Part shown: piece by piece, positions 62,701-64,000 of the stretch
How the letters are laid out: the number at the start of each line of letters is the position of its first letter
Position numbering within the stretch: the first letter of the stretch is position 1
Assembly (NCBI GenBank): GCA_035221665.1
Contig: CM069169.1
Location: forward strand, 18,104,001-18,168,000
Direction of reading: 5' to 3'
Source of the DNA: Okamejei kenojei
Taxonomy: Eukaryota
Length of the DNA: 64,000 nucleotides
Program-made: the position numbers and the translations under genes
Notes under the pieces: model-generated
What the model was told of the DNA's origin: nothing
The model's input: the letters and a program-made list of their open reading frames with translations, nothing else
Database searches by the model: none

Positions 62701-64000
62701 CTCGTCAGACAGTAGGAGTGATGTAACATTTGGAAGAGAGCAATGTCCAGCCTGTCTCTCCCCACACCACCAGTGCCCTGGATGATGATGGCTGCTGTCC
62801 TTGCTGAGTTCTGCCTGTATTGCTACGCTGGGGTAGAGAGGTCAGGGTTGAAGGATCATTGCTTGAACTGCTGTGTTCCCAAGCAGCAACTAAACCTCTG
62901 CATCAAATATTGGGTAGTTCTAATTTATTGTGTCATTTAATTCATTATATCAAAGAAAGTTGTCTGAGATTAAGACCGGGCATTGGATTCCTTAACCCTA
63001 CGCTGTAGAACGTTTATTTTGTTTCTTCTTTTGTTGCACTGGGACAATGTATTGTCAAATTCTCAAACAATGAAAGAATTGTAGCTGTAATGGATGAATC
63101 CATGACAAACTTACACAGTTGTAAAGCTTGAATACTGCAAAGCATTTACTGACGATAAAGGTTTAATTTGGGTAATCCTTGCGTGGCTTCCAGTGCTTGT
63201 GAGATGAGAGTGTGGAGCAGGGCAAAGAAGAAGCATGAATTTCTCAGTCATGTGTAGCTCACACACAAGATTGTACTCAAATTGGGAAGCATGCTTTTAA
63301 TCTGCACTGTATTCTACAAACGAGAAGGGTTTTGAATCCTTTGGTTGTGGACTTGCCTGGGAGTTCATGGTTTTGACTATTCTGCAATCTCCAGTGTTGC
63401 TGTTGACTTTGCGTTGGAATGTGCAGTCACCTAGAAACACAAGTAGAAAAAAGTATTTGTGTCCGGAATGCTCACTAGGGTGTTTCATCTTGTACTGCGT
63501 TGTTGCCCTGTTGAAGGGAAACATTCAATGCTGTTAGAAACCAGTCCCAATGAGAGTAAATAGCAGCGACTGTTTGGCAAATGGAGATTTGTGTGTTTGA
63601 CCTTACCATGCAAACCCAGCAGGAAGCTGAGCGTCATCGCTCACTGAAGTCATCAACCCTACTTTATGAAAAATTCAGGGTTGCTTACAAAATGGAAAAA
63701 CTGACAAATTAGCCTTTCCTGCAGGAATACTCTATGAATTAAGCCAAGGTCACCTGTGGCACTTTCATTTGCAATCGGAAGGTATAGACAGGCACTTGTG
63801 TTGTGTTCCTGTTGTTTATGGGTTAATCTGTATAGGAGTTTAAGCAGTTTAGGTTTGGTGGTAGTTCAGTGTTAAGCACTGAAGTGACAGAGGTGTATCA
63901 TAGAAAATTTCTAGCGGATGAGTAGGTCAGTGAGCTCTGCCCGTGCCAAGAGATTGCACGAGAGGGGGATTCTCTTTTGGGAAACACCTTGCCATTGGGT

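Noticed and set aside
1-64000. CRISPR arrays, tRNA/rRNA genes, U12 introns or a second host gene
   Set aside because: None seen: tRNA-like stretches are SINE heads, all 13 introns have U2-type GT-AG ends, and other long ORFs map to retroelements

Overview
Vertebrate genomic DNA, most likely from a cartilaginous fish (skate/ray/shark). This is inferred from HE1-type V-SINEs, HER1-type CR1 tails and the overall repeat mix. The window holds one complete protein-coding gene on the + strand: ARIH1 (Ariadne-1/HHARI, RBR E3 ubiquitin ligase). It has 14 coding exons from ATG 9516 to TGA 61795, all with GT-AG introns and consistent phases (1590 nt, 529 aa). Its promoter is a CpG island with CRE/ETS/GC-box motifs, and an AT-rich 3' UTR follows. 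The rest is introns and flank filled with CR1, Rex1/Babar and Penelope-like retroelements, V-SINEs, and non-autonomous DNA transposons (Harbinger-, hAT-, pogo/Tigger- and Tc1-type). There is a 151-N gap. The most notable non-coding signal is a family of Penelope-derived units carrying a minimal hammerhead-ribozyme motif (CTGA[A/T]GA-A-stem-GAAACGTC), about 10 copies. They include TSD-flanked ~97-bp insertions and an inverted plus tandem triple cluster. Other candidates are a perfect 26-bp inverted repeat upstream of the promoter, unexplained direct repeats flanking exon 3, and possible poison splice sites. Repeat boundaries without TSD/TIR support are approximate, and no database searches were run.
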